64,000 nucleotides of DNA from Planctomycetota bacterium (GTDB lineage: Bacteria; Planctomycetota; SZUA-567; H5-PLA8): contig JBBRPR010000003.1 of NCBI GenBank assembly GCA_038227875.1, forward strand, positions 1 through 64,000. Direction: 5' to 3'. Positions 40,103 to 48,762 of this stretch are shown piece after piece (position 1 is the stretch's first letter; each line of letters starts with the position of its first letter). The position numbers were made by a program, and so were the translations under genes. Below the pieces are notes generated by a model. That model had not been told where the DNA came from. It worked only from the letters and a program-made list of their open reading frames with translations, and searched no databases.

Positions 40103-42934
40103 ATGCGGCAACTGGAATCGATGCGATGGGTGTGGGCAGCGGTGCTTCTCGGCGCGTTCGCGACCGCTCATGCTTCCACGACCAACACCTGGACCAATAC
40201 GGCCGGCGACGGAAAATGGAATACCGCCGGAAACTGGAGCCGCGGATCGGTGCCCTCCACGACTGACGATGTTGTCTTCGACAGCACCAGCACTGCAAAC
40301 TGCGCGATCAACGTGACGACGAACAAGGTTGTGACGTTCTCGGTCAACACCGGCTACTCGGGAACAATCACGCAGAACAACGGCTTCACGCTCAACGCGA
40401 TCTCGCTCACTCTGAACAGCAGCACCGCCACCTTCACCGGCGGCGACAGCACCTCTCCGATTACACTCACGGGCTCGCTGACGCTCTCGGCGGGGACATT
40501 CACCTCGACGGCGGGAACGCTGGCCGTCTTCTCGTCGCTGGTGATCACAACGCCGGCTGCAACATTCAATCACAACAATGGCGTCATCAATATCAATGGA
40601 AATACGACGCTGAGTTTGAATACGGGCTCCGCGACGCTTTACGATTTTCAGATCACCGGGCGCTCCACGATCACGACGACCGGCACGGTGACGGTTTCAC
40701 ACAACTTCTTCTTCAGCAACATCAACGTGGGCACGGGCGGAACCATCGCGGTGGCGGGAAACATCACGACCACCAATGCCGTGGCGCCGTCGGGCGGTCT
40801 GACCACGACCGTGCTGATCAATGGCACCTCCCCGCAGGTGTTTGGAGCGTCGGGCGGATCGGGTTACTTCTTTCCCGTGACGATCAACCAGGGCGCCGGC
40901 GGTTCGCTGACCGTTCAGGATACGATCATCATGCTGGGAAGTTGGACGTTCACGGCTTCCCCCAGCGTAACCTGCACAGGTACCGTGCAGTTTTCAAGCA
41001 ATTCCCCGACGATCTCGTCGGGCTCCATGGCGTTCAACCATCTCTCCTCGATCAACGCCTCCAGCATCGCCATCTCCGGCACCGTGATTGTGAATGGGAA
41101 TCTGAACCTGACCAGTTTCAATGCGCTGACTGGCGGGCAGATCAATGTGGCGGGCAACGTGGTCACGACCAGCGGAGCTCCGTCGGTTGCGTCCACGACG
41201 ATTCTGCTTAATGGGTCGGGAGCGCAGAGCATCAGCGCTGCCGGCGGCACCGGCTACATCTCGTCGGTCAGTATTCAGCAGGGAACCGGTGGCACGGTCG
41301 CGATCAGCGACACGCTGATTGTCATTGGCAGCTGGACTTACGACACCACTCTTGGCGGTGGCGCGGTCACCTGCACGGGCCTGGTGACGTTCACCAATGG
41401 CGGCACCACCAGCGCGGGCACCATGAAATTCAACAATGTTTCAATCACGGGTGGGAACAGGACCATCACCGGAACGATGACGGTGCAGGGCAACTTCACG
41501 CTGACCGCGGCGAATTCCATGAACGGCGGCACGGTCAACGTGGGCGGCAACCTCTCGACGGCCCGCTCATCAGGATCGACTCCGTACTCCACGAACTTCG
41601 TCCTGAATGGAAGCAACAACACGCAGACTCTTTCACAGTCCGCAACCGGCTTGTTTCCCGGCGCCACCATAACGGTCAGCCACACCGGCACGGGCGGCGT
41701 CGTCGCGGGGTCCGCGCTGAACTTCGCCTACTCCACGACCCAGTCCCTGGCGATCTCGAGCGGCACGCTGGACCTGGCTGGAAACAACCTCGCCGTCGGC
41801 GCCACAGGGACGATCACCCTGGCCAGCGGCGCGACGTTGCAGCTTCAGGGCGGCGAGACCGTCAGCAAGACGCCGACCATTTCGGCGGTGGGCCTGGTGA
41901 TCTATAACGGCAGCGCTGCGTCTTACACGTTGAAGAACTGGAGCTACTCCAATCTCACGATCAATGGCGGCGCCAGCTCGGTCTTTACGTTCCCTGCGAA
42001 CTTGACCTCCTTCAGCGCCCTGACGCTCACCAGCGGCATCGCTTCGCTGGCGGGATTCAACCTGACGGCCACGTCGCTCAGCAATGCCGCCACGTTGCGG
42101 GCACAGGGGAACGAGACGATCTCGCTGGGCACCATGGACACGGCGCAGGGCACGGTGGAATTTGTGGGCAGGAATATTGCCGAGACGCTGACGGTCCCGG
42201 ATTTTGGCGCGCAGGATTTCTACAACCTGAAGATCAACGATACGAATGCCGCCACGGCCACATTCCAGTGTGCCGCGGCGAAGTCGATCAAGGGCACGCT
42301 GGTGGTCTCCGGAGGCACCTTCAACGCCAATGGACAGACGGTCGCGGTGACGGGGTTGACCACGATCAGTGGCGGCACGTATCAGTCGTCAACGGCGTCG
42401 AACACCTTCAGCGGCGGGCTGGGAATTTCTGGCGGGACGTTCACAGGATCCAGCGGCAGCGTGACGGTGACCGGCGCGTTCGTGCTGACCGGCGGGACGT
42501 GCACGGCGCCGAGCGGGACGTTATTCGTCTCGGGGAATTTCACGAATGGCGGCGGCTCGTTTTCCCACAATGGCGGGACGGTGACGCTCAATGGATCCAG
42601 CCAGTCCGTCACGGGCAGCACGGGATTCAATGCCTTCACGATTACCGCGCCGGACACGGTGACGTTCCAGTCGGGTGCGACGCAGACGTTCGCGGGCGCT
42701 TTCACGGCCTTGGGATCGGCGGGGAATTTGATCACGATTCTGTCGTCCACGCCGGGTTCGGCGGGGATGCTCTCGCGGTCGGGCAGCGGAGTGAACTGCG
42801 ATTATCTCTCGCTCAAGGACAGCGCTGCGACCGCCGGGGTTTGGTTGGCGGGGGCGCACAGCATTAACGTCTCGGGAATCTCGGGCTGGATCTTTCCGAG
42901 CGCGTTTAATGCGATGCTGATCAGCGCGGATTGA
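40103..42934 (+). CDS. Secreted Thr/Gly/Ser-rich beta-helix (passenger-like) surface protein
   Basis: Signal peptide ending AHA; TWTNTAGDGKWNTAGNWS..VP...DDVVFD; repetitive beta strands; no beta-barrel. Confidence 0.85.
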   Translation: MRQLESMRWVWAAVLLGAFATAHASTTNTWTNTAGDGKWNTAGNWSRGSVPSTTDDVVFDSTSTANCAINVTTNKVVTFSVNTGYSGTITQNNGFTLNAISLTLNSSTATFTGGDSTSPITLTGSLTLSAGTFTSTAGTLAVFSSLVITTPAATFNHNNGVININGNTTLSLNTGSATLYDFQITGRSTITTTGTVTVSHNFFFSNINVGTGGTIAVAGNITTTNAVAPSGGLTTTVLINGTSPQVFGASGGSGYFFPVTINQGAGGSLTVQDTIIMLGSWTFTASPSVTCTGTVQFSSNSPTISSGSMAFNHLSSINASSIAISGTVIVNGNLNLTSFNALTGGQINVAGNVVTTSGAPSVASTTILLNGSGAQSISAAGGTGYISSVSIQQGTGGTVAISDTLIVIGSWTYDTTLGGGAVTCTGLVTFTNGGTTSAGTMKFNNVSITGGNRTITGTMTVQGNFTLTAANSMNGGTVNVGGNLSTARSSGSTPYSTNFVLNGSNNTQTLSQSATGLFPGATITVSHTGTGGVVAGSALNFAYSTTQSLAISSGTLDLAGNNLAVGATGTITLASGATLQLQGGETVSKTPTISAVGLVIYNGSAASYTLKNWSYSNLTINGGASSVFTFPANLTSFSALTLTSGIASLAGFNLTATSLSNAATLRAQGNETISLGTMDTAQGTVEFVGRNIAETLTVPDFGAQDFYNLKINDTNAATATFQCAAAKSIKGTLVVSGGTFNANGQTVAVTGLTTISGGTYQSSTASNTFSGGLGISGGTFTGSSGSVTVTGAFVLTGGTCTAPSGTLFVSGNFTNGGGSFSHNGGTVTLNGSSQSVTGSTGFNAFTITAPDTVTFQSGATQTFAGAFTALGSAGNLITILSSTPGSAGMLSRSGSGVNCDYLSLKDSAATAGVWLAGAHSINVSGISGWIFPSAFNAMLISAD

Positions 42935-42947
42935 TTGCACCTAGTAA

Positions 42948-42963
42948 TGTTCCACGTGGAACA
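42948..42963. promoter_or_regulatory. parS: parS centromere-like site (ParB binding)
   Basis: Perfect 16-bp palindrome TGTTCCACGTGGAACA matching the parS consensus tGTTtCACGTGaAACa; intergenic. Confidence 0.85.
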
Positions 42964-42982
42964 TTCACATGGTGCGCGAAAT

Positions 42983-43006
42983 CGTGGTTGCAAATTTGCA
43001 ACCACG
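42983..43006. terminator. Perfect 24-bp palindrome between convergent genes
   Basis: CGTGGTTGCAAATTTGCAACCACG. Confidence 0.5.
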
Positions 43007-43142
43007 GATATTTGTTATTTGGCTGAAATATGCGGATTGGGTTGAATCCAGAGCTCTCCTATGAGCATGTTGCCGAATGTTACAAAATGTGACAGGAACC
43101 GGGGCTGACGCATTTTCAAAATATGTGTTTCTTGTGAGACCC

Positions 43143-46100
43143 CTACTCCTTCTTCGGATCGGCTTTGGGGGCTGCGTCGTCCTGGGGTTTGCGGATGTGC
43201 AGGTCGAGTTGCGGGAACGGGATTTCGATGCCGTTCTCGCGCAGGGCGCGGTCGATGGCGACGTGAAGTTCGTGGGTGACGGGCAGGCGCTTGGAAAGTT
43301 CGCGGACGAAGATGCGGATTTCGAAATTCAGCGCGCTGTCGCCGAAGCCGGTGAAGAAGACCGTCGGCGCGGGCGCTTCCATCACGAGCGGATTGGCCTT
43401 GGCGGTATCGAGCATCACCTTTTGCGCGCGCACGGTATCTGAGCCGTAGGCGATGCCGACTTTCAAAACCAGGCGCGTCACCGGATCGGAGAGCGTCCAG
43501 TTGATGACGTGATCGGTGATGAAACTTTTGTTCGGCACCAGGATTTCGCGGTTGTCCCAGTCGACGACGGTGGTGGCGCGAATCTGGATGCGCGAGACGG
43601 TGCCGGTGAGATCCTTGACCGTGATCGTGTCGCCGACGCGGATGCGCCGTTCGAAGAGCAGGATCAGACCGGCGATGAAATTGGCGACGATTTCCTGCAA
43701 GCCAAAACCGAGCCCCACGCTCAACGACGCCACGATCCACTGCAGGCCCGACCATTCCACGCCCAGCACATGGAAGATGGCGATGGCGCCTATCGCCACG
43801 ATCACGTAGCGGCTGATGGTGATGATCGCGTACGCGGTGCCCGATTCCAGCGGCAGGCGCTGCAGCGCCACGATCTCCAGCAGGCCGGAGATATTGCGCG
43901 CGGCGATGACCGTCAGAAGCAGCCACGTCAGCGCCTTCAACAATCCCAGCAGCGAGACGACGGGCACGACTTGATTGAGTTCGGCGCCGGCCATCCGCGA
44001 CCAGATGGGAATCTGGTCGAGCGCCGCCAGCGCCGGCACAATGCCGCTCCACACCAGCCACAGCCCCGCCAGCACACCGGCGCCCACCCCGACGCTCAGC
44101 AGCGTCCGCGTCTGCTCGTTGACGGCGGAAAGATCGGCCTTGTCGAATTGCAGCTTCGGCTTGGCCTGGCCGATGGCGTACGATGCCACCTGCGCGGCTT
44201 GAGCGGCCTGCGCCTGCTCGTTTTCTTCGCGCGAACGGCGGAGCGTCAGCCGTTCGTGCGCGACGACCAGCCAGCGCATCGCCAGGCCATCCAGGATGAC
44301 GCCGGCGAGAATCACCCACGCGGAGAGAAACAACCGCAACTGCACGCGCACCGCCGGCTCGAAATAGCCCCACGCTGCGAAAACACCCAGCGCCACGGGA
44401 ATACCGATGACCACTGGAAACCAGAAGCGGCTGGTGCGCGCGACGGTGTGGTCGGCGGGCAGTTTCAAACCCACGCCGCGCTGGGGATGGAGCACGCGAT
44501 AGAGGAAAACCGCAAACGCCGCCGACGCGAGCATGAAAGCCAGCCGCCCCAGCCCGCTATAGTATTCGTCGTTGCCGGTGGCGTGCGTCGCACACATCAG
44601 GAAGACCGCCGGCACAAGAATGACGAAGAGCCAGAGCAGATTCGTGCGCAGCCGTTTGCTCGAATCGGGGCTCCATAAAAAGTGCGCCGTGAACACGCCG
44701 GCTGGCAGGCCCAACACGCGCAGTCCATACAGCGCGCCGCCCATTAAGACCGCCCCGGAAAGTCCAACGCCCACCGCCGCCGCGTAGGGCGCGCCGAGCG
44801 GATCGAAGGCCATCAGGCGGCCGGCCGCGAAGAGCAGGATGGGAATCGGCGCCGCCAGCAGCGCGCTGAGCGTGAGCGCGTAAAAGACGCGGTTGAAGGC
44901 ATCGGAGTGGCTCTTCGAATTCTCGCGCGTCTGCGTCAGCGCGGAAAGCAGGCGGTGGCGACAGAGCAGCAGGATCACGAAGATCAGCAGGACCAGCACG
45001 CCCAGCGCCGGCCGCGCGTTGAATCCCGCGCCCAGCGCCATGACCGAGCCGCGCCATTCATCGGCGTCGAACAACCACTGCAGCCCCGTGCGCACCTGCT
45101 GCAGCCAGACCTGGCCAAGCGGCGGGGAGCTGGGCAGCCACATCAGCTTTTCATCAAACAGCGTGGAGAGATTGTCGGTGCCGGTGGTCAGTTCATTGAG
45201 CGCTTCGCGCAGTTCGGAGGCGCGACCCAGGAACTGGCCGTTGGCTTCGAGCAAGCGCTGCAGAACCTGCTTGCGCCGCGCCAGCAGCGGTTCGGCAGCG
45301 GCACGCGTTTCCGGAGGCACGGGTGGCGGCGGACCGACGCGCGAGGGGCCGCGCAGCAGCACGTCGATTTCCGTGTCGTCGGCGATGCGCGCCAGCTTTT
45401 CATTCAAATGGATGCGCAGAATTCGCGCGTCGAGAATGGCGCGCTCGCCGGCGGCCACCTGCTGGCTGAGCGCCGCATCAAGCGGCAGCTTGTCGCGCAG
45501 TTCGCGCAGCGACTGTCCGAATTCTGCGCCGCCGCCGCGGACTTCCAGCAGCTGCTGCGCGCTCTGGCGGAGCTCGTAGATTTTCCGGTTGGAAGCGCTG
45601 GCGGCCGCGAACTCCTCATCGACCTTTTCCAAGCGGTGCGCCAGCGTACCAATCTGGCGGGCCAGCGTGGTGGTTTCGCGCGCGTACTCCTGCATCGCGC
45701 CGCTCTGCGCGGCCAGCGCCGCTTCCGCTTTCTGCGCTTCGTCCAGTTCGGCCTGGGCGTTTTGAAGCACGCGTTCGCGCAGCAGGCGCTTGAGCGTCGC
45801 GACGCGCCGCTCCGCCGCACTGAGCTGCAGCGCCGCCAGGTCGCGCTGGGCCGTGAGCAGGCGGCGGCGGTTGGGCAGGCTGAGCAATTCCTGTTCGAGC
45901 ATCGCGACGCGCGCGGTGGAGAGCCGGCGGGCCGCGAGCTGTTCGGCCTGCCGGGCCTTGGTCACGGCCGGCGCTTCATTCACATCCTGGGCCGAGCGGC
46001 TCAAGGCGTCGGCGGCGTCGAACTTCTTTCGTTCCTCTTCCAGATCCGCGCGCGCGCCGGTGTAGCGCATCACGCTGGTACGCTGTACCTCATCCAATTC

Positions 46101-46568
46101 CTGCGTGCGCTGGCGCTGCGTGGCGGCGTCACCCTGCGCTTCGGTCAGGCACTGCTGCAGCTCGGCGTAATCGAGATTGGCATTCGACGTGAGCGATCCG
46201 GTGGCGCTTTTCTTCGCTGCCAGTTGGCGTCGAATGTCGGCGACGGCGGCGTTACCGGTCTCGACGATTTTACGATAGTTGGCCGCGCTCTCCGCCGCCG
46301 CCCGCGCCGCGTCGAGCCTGCTCAACGCCGTGCGGTAATAATCCAGCGCCCGCTCGCGCGCCTCGGTGGGGAGGTCCTTGCTGTTGGTCAGTTCGTTGAT
46401 GCTGGCCTGGAGCTGCTCGGCGGAAAGCGAGGCCGTCTGCGCCGCGTCGGGAAGATCCGGCACCGCCTCTTCGGCGCTGAGGTTCGCCGCTCCAACCCCG
46501 GCGAGCAGCAGCGCGAGCGCCGCTGCACGCCCGAAGTTTCTCGAAGTAAAAGTGAAACGCCTACGCAC
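43143..46568 (-). CDS. mscK: MscK-like mechanosensitive channel (large periplasmic coiled coil + MscS core)
   Basis: LQWIVASLSVGLGFGLQEIVANFIAGLILLFER; IQIRATT..DWDNRE; NWTLSD; EIPFPQLDLH. Confidence 0.92.
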   Translation of the reverse strand: MRRRFTFTSRNFGRAAALALLLAGVGAANLSAEEAVPDLPDAAQTASLSAEQLQASINELTNSKDLPTEARERALDYYRTALSRLDAARAAAESAANYRKIVETGNAAVADIRRQLAAKKSATGSLTSNANLDYAELQQCLTEAQGDAATQRQRTQELDEVQRTSVMRYTGARADLEEERKKFDAADALSRSAQDVNEAPAVTKARQAEQLAARRLSTARVAMLEQELLSLPNRRRLLTAQRDLAALQLSAAERRVATLKRLLRERVLQNAQAELDEAQKAEAALAAQSGAMQEYARETTTLARQIGTLAHRLEKVDEEFAAASASNRKIYELRQSAQQLLEVRGGGAEFGQSLRELRDKLPLDAALSQQVAAGERAILDARILRIHLNEKLARIADDTEIDVLLRGPSRVGPPPPVPPETRAAAEPLLARRKQVLQRLLEANGQFLGRASELREALNELTTGTDNLSTLFDEKLMWLPSSPPLGQVWLQQVRTGLQWLFDADEWRGSVMALGAGFNARPALGVLVLLIFVILLLCRHRLLSALTQTRENSKSHSDAFNRVFYALTLSALLAAPIPILLFAAGRLMAFDPLGAPYAAAVGVGLSGAVLMGGALYGLRVLGLPAGVFTAHFLWSPDSSKRLRTNLLWLFVILVPAVFLMCATHATGNDEYYSGLGRLAFMLASAAFAVFLYRVLHPQRGVGLKLPADHTVARTSRFWFPVVIGIPVALGVFAAWGYFEPAVRVQLRLFLSAWVILAGVILDGLAMRWLVVAHERLTLRRSREENEQAQAAQAAQVASYAIGQAKPKLQFDKADLSAVNEQTRTLLSVGVGAGVLAGLWLVWSGIVPALAALDQIPIWSRMAGAELNQVVPVVSLLGLLKALTWLLLTVIAARNISGLLEIVALQRLPLESGTAYAIITISRYVIVAIGAIAIFHVLGVEWSGLQWIVASLSVGLGFGLQEIVANFIAGLILLFERRIRVGDTITVKDLTGTVSRIQIRATTVVDWDNREILVPNKSFITDHVINWTLSDPVTRLVLKVGIAYGSDTVRAQKVMLDTAKANPLVMEAPAPTVFFTGFGDSALNFEIRIFVRELSKRLPVTHELHVAIDRALRENGIEIPFPQLDLHIRKPQDDAAPKADPKKE

Positions 46569-46717
46569 CGAAATAGTCAGCCCCTCTCACGCGGCTTAAA
46601 GAGTACGAGTGGCGCAGCGGAGTGCAAAGTGAATCAGAGCGTGGGGCTGGGAATGGTGATAAATGCGATATGGGAGACGGGTGGTGCGCGAAGTTAAGCT
46701 CGTTGAATGCGCTATGG

Positions 46718-47188
46718 TTAATCAAGCCAACCCGTCGCAAAGTAATGGACGTTGTTGTCCGGTCCCTCGTAGATACATCGAACGACTTTATTGATCGGCA
46801 TACACATCGAATCGCGTTTTGGTTCGTAAAGAAAAGCACACGTCGCCAGAGTTCGCGGTCCAATTATCCCCGCAAGGGAGGGATGCGTTGGCATGAAGTC
46901 CTCGTAGTCAATCCATTTATAAACCCGCTGGGCATTCTTTCGAAGAACTTCTCCCACGTAGGCTCCTCCCCAGAGCATCGTGTTATTGAGTTCGGTTTGG
47001 AATTGATCGAGTTGACTCACGTCAGCACGTACTGCGGCCAGGTATTCATCGACATGAACCAAACTTTCGATTGAATAGTTCAACGCGAATCGAGACAGCT
47101 TTTTCGGGAGCACAATATCATTGGCCGCGCGGATTCTGCCCACAAAGCGGTCGGAGAAGTCTTGGAAGATGGGATTGAGCTCGCTCAC
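46718..47188 (-). CDS. Hypothetical protein (LNYSIESL..VD.YL / GAYVGEV..N..W; DUF3806/immunity-like)
   Basis: 156-aa ORF, visibly more AT-rich than its neighbours, adjacent to the transposase locus. Confidence 0.7.
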   Translation of the reverse strand: MSELNPIFQDFSDRFVGRIRAANDIVLPKKLSRFALNYSIESLVHVDEYLAAVRADVSQLDQFQTELNNTMLWGGAYVGEVLRKNAQRVYKWIDYEDFMPTHPSLAGIIGPRTLATCAFLYEPKRDSMCMPINKVVRCIYEGPDNNVHYFATGWLD

Positions 47189-47286
47189 AATAAATGCGAT
47201 TCCGTTTGTATCGTCCGAGATTACCTCTTCGGAACACGCCTGTAAATTGTCCCTTCAGGACAATTTTGAACTGGGCGAACCGTTTC

Positions 47287-48469
47287 CAGGGCGGCGGAGC
47301 GTGGACGCATTCGCGTCCGCGCTCCTTCGCCCTTCGCTGATGAAAACGGACCCCGGTGGGGTCGGGGCGGGATGGTGCGCGCAGGGATGAAACGTGAGCC
47401 ACGGAGGGGCGGCATTTGGGGATGTCGCATTCCGTGGCGTGTGGACATTTCGCTCTTTCAGAGCTCCTGAAAATCGCGCGGGTCGATTCCAGGGGCGTTG
47501 CCCCTGGCTTTCGCATGTTGCCCCGTTGGGGCACTAAGGGCGACGCGGTCTGGCTAAGTCGTGGCGTGAAATACTGACTGATACCTTTTTGGTCGATGGG
47601 ACATTTTGAGTTAAAACAGTTGGCCCGCTGTCGAACGTTGCCGAGGACCCATTGACGCGATTAATTTGTGGGAACATAATCGTACGACTTTCGACTGACT
47701 CAGGAACCCCAACGGGGTGAAATGTGATAGCCAGGGGCAACGCCCCTGGAAATTGTGCGCGCACTATTCGAGAGCTCTGAAAGAGCGACATGGAGAGAGG
47801 CGAATGCCGCAATCACTATCGAATGTTCTGATTCACATCGTCTTTTCAACGAAAAATCGCGAACCCTTGATATCGGCAAAGGTTGAACCAGAACTCCATA
47901 AATACATGGCGGCCACGTTCCTCGCGCTGGGATCTCCAACTTTGGGTCTCAACGGCACCGCCGATCACGTGCACGTTCTGTGCGCATTGTCGCGACGCAT
48001 CTCCATCTCGGAATTGATCGAGGGCGTTAAGAAGTCTTCGTCGAAGTGGATGAAAACCAAAGGACCCGGATTGCGCCGGTTTTATTGGCAATCGGGATAC
48101 GGCGTATTTTCGATTGGCGAATCGAATCGTGCTGCGTGTTTGCGCTATATAGCGCGGCAGAAAATCCGGCATCGCAGGCAATCTTTCCAAGAGGAGCTCC
48201 GGGAGATATTGAGTAATTACAAAATGAAATACGATGAGCGTTATGTGTGGGATTGAGTCGATGTCGCTCTTTCAGAGCTCCTGAAAATCGCGCGGGTCGA
48301 TTCCAGGGGCGCTGCCCCTGGCTTTCGCATTTCAGCCCGTTGGGCTGGAGGGCGTTGGCGTGCTCACGGGCATTCGTTTCGTGTCGTGTTAGTTGGACCC
48401 AACGGGTCCGTTTTTGCCAGCGAAGGGGGAGACGGGGCGACGCGCATGCGGCGACTCCGCGCAGCCCTG
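47287..48469. mobile_element. IS200-like/RAYT locus bounded by ~75-bp imperfect inverted repeats, containing three multi-hairpin repeats
   Basis: Outer IR 47287-47363 vs 48396-48469; inner repeats at 47450-47532, 47707-47790 (inverted) and 48264-48346. Confidence 0.75.
47804..48256 (+). CDS. tnpA: IS200/IS605-family Y1 HUH transposase (TnpA/RAYT-like)
   Basis: HIVFSTKNR, DHVH (HUH), KKSSSKW, WQSGYG.FS, YIARQ catalytic Tyr, YDERYVWD; no tnpB. Confidence 0.95.
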   Translation: MPQSLSNVLIHIVFSTKNREPLISAKVEPELHKYMAATFLALGSPTLGLNGTADHVHVLCALSRRISISELIEGVKKSSSKWMKTKGPGLRRFYWQSGYGVFSIGESNRAACLRYIARQKIRHRRQSFQEELREILSNYKMKYDERYVWD

Positions 48470-48561
48470 TTGATCGGCGGGCGATTGGGGTTGTCCCATA
48501 GGGACAAATTACGCGCTAACGCATTGGCGTGATACAGCCTCTGTAATGGCGGCGTTTTAGT

Positions 48562-48648
48562 TGTCGCCCCTGCCGGGGCTTTTGATTTTTCGTGGGGCGA
48601 TTGGCCCATGGCTTACACCGTGGGGCTACTTTATGCCGCTCCGCGGCG
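48562..48648. repeat. Degenerate fourth copy of the transposase-associated repeat
   Basis: tgtcgcccctgccggggct...cccatggcttacaccgtggggct...gccgctccgcggc has the same three-hairpin layout. Confidence 0.55.
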
Positions 48649-48762
48649 TGAGGAGACGCGGCCGATTTCGCTCTTTTTCGAAGTATAATTTCGTATCATG
48701 AACACAATTGAACGACTCGGGGAGTGTTAAGCGCTATTGTCCTTGTTAAGGAGATTATTGAC

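Noticed and set aside
34774..42934. Prophage or classical autotransporter
   Set aside because: No capsid, terminase or integrase genes and no C-terminal beta-barrel; both proteins carry export signals.
48257..48720. tnpB/IscB or an omega-RNA downstream of tnpA
   Set aside because: No RuvC-type ORF; the region consists of repeats and the promoter of the next gene.
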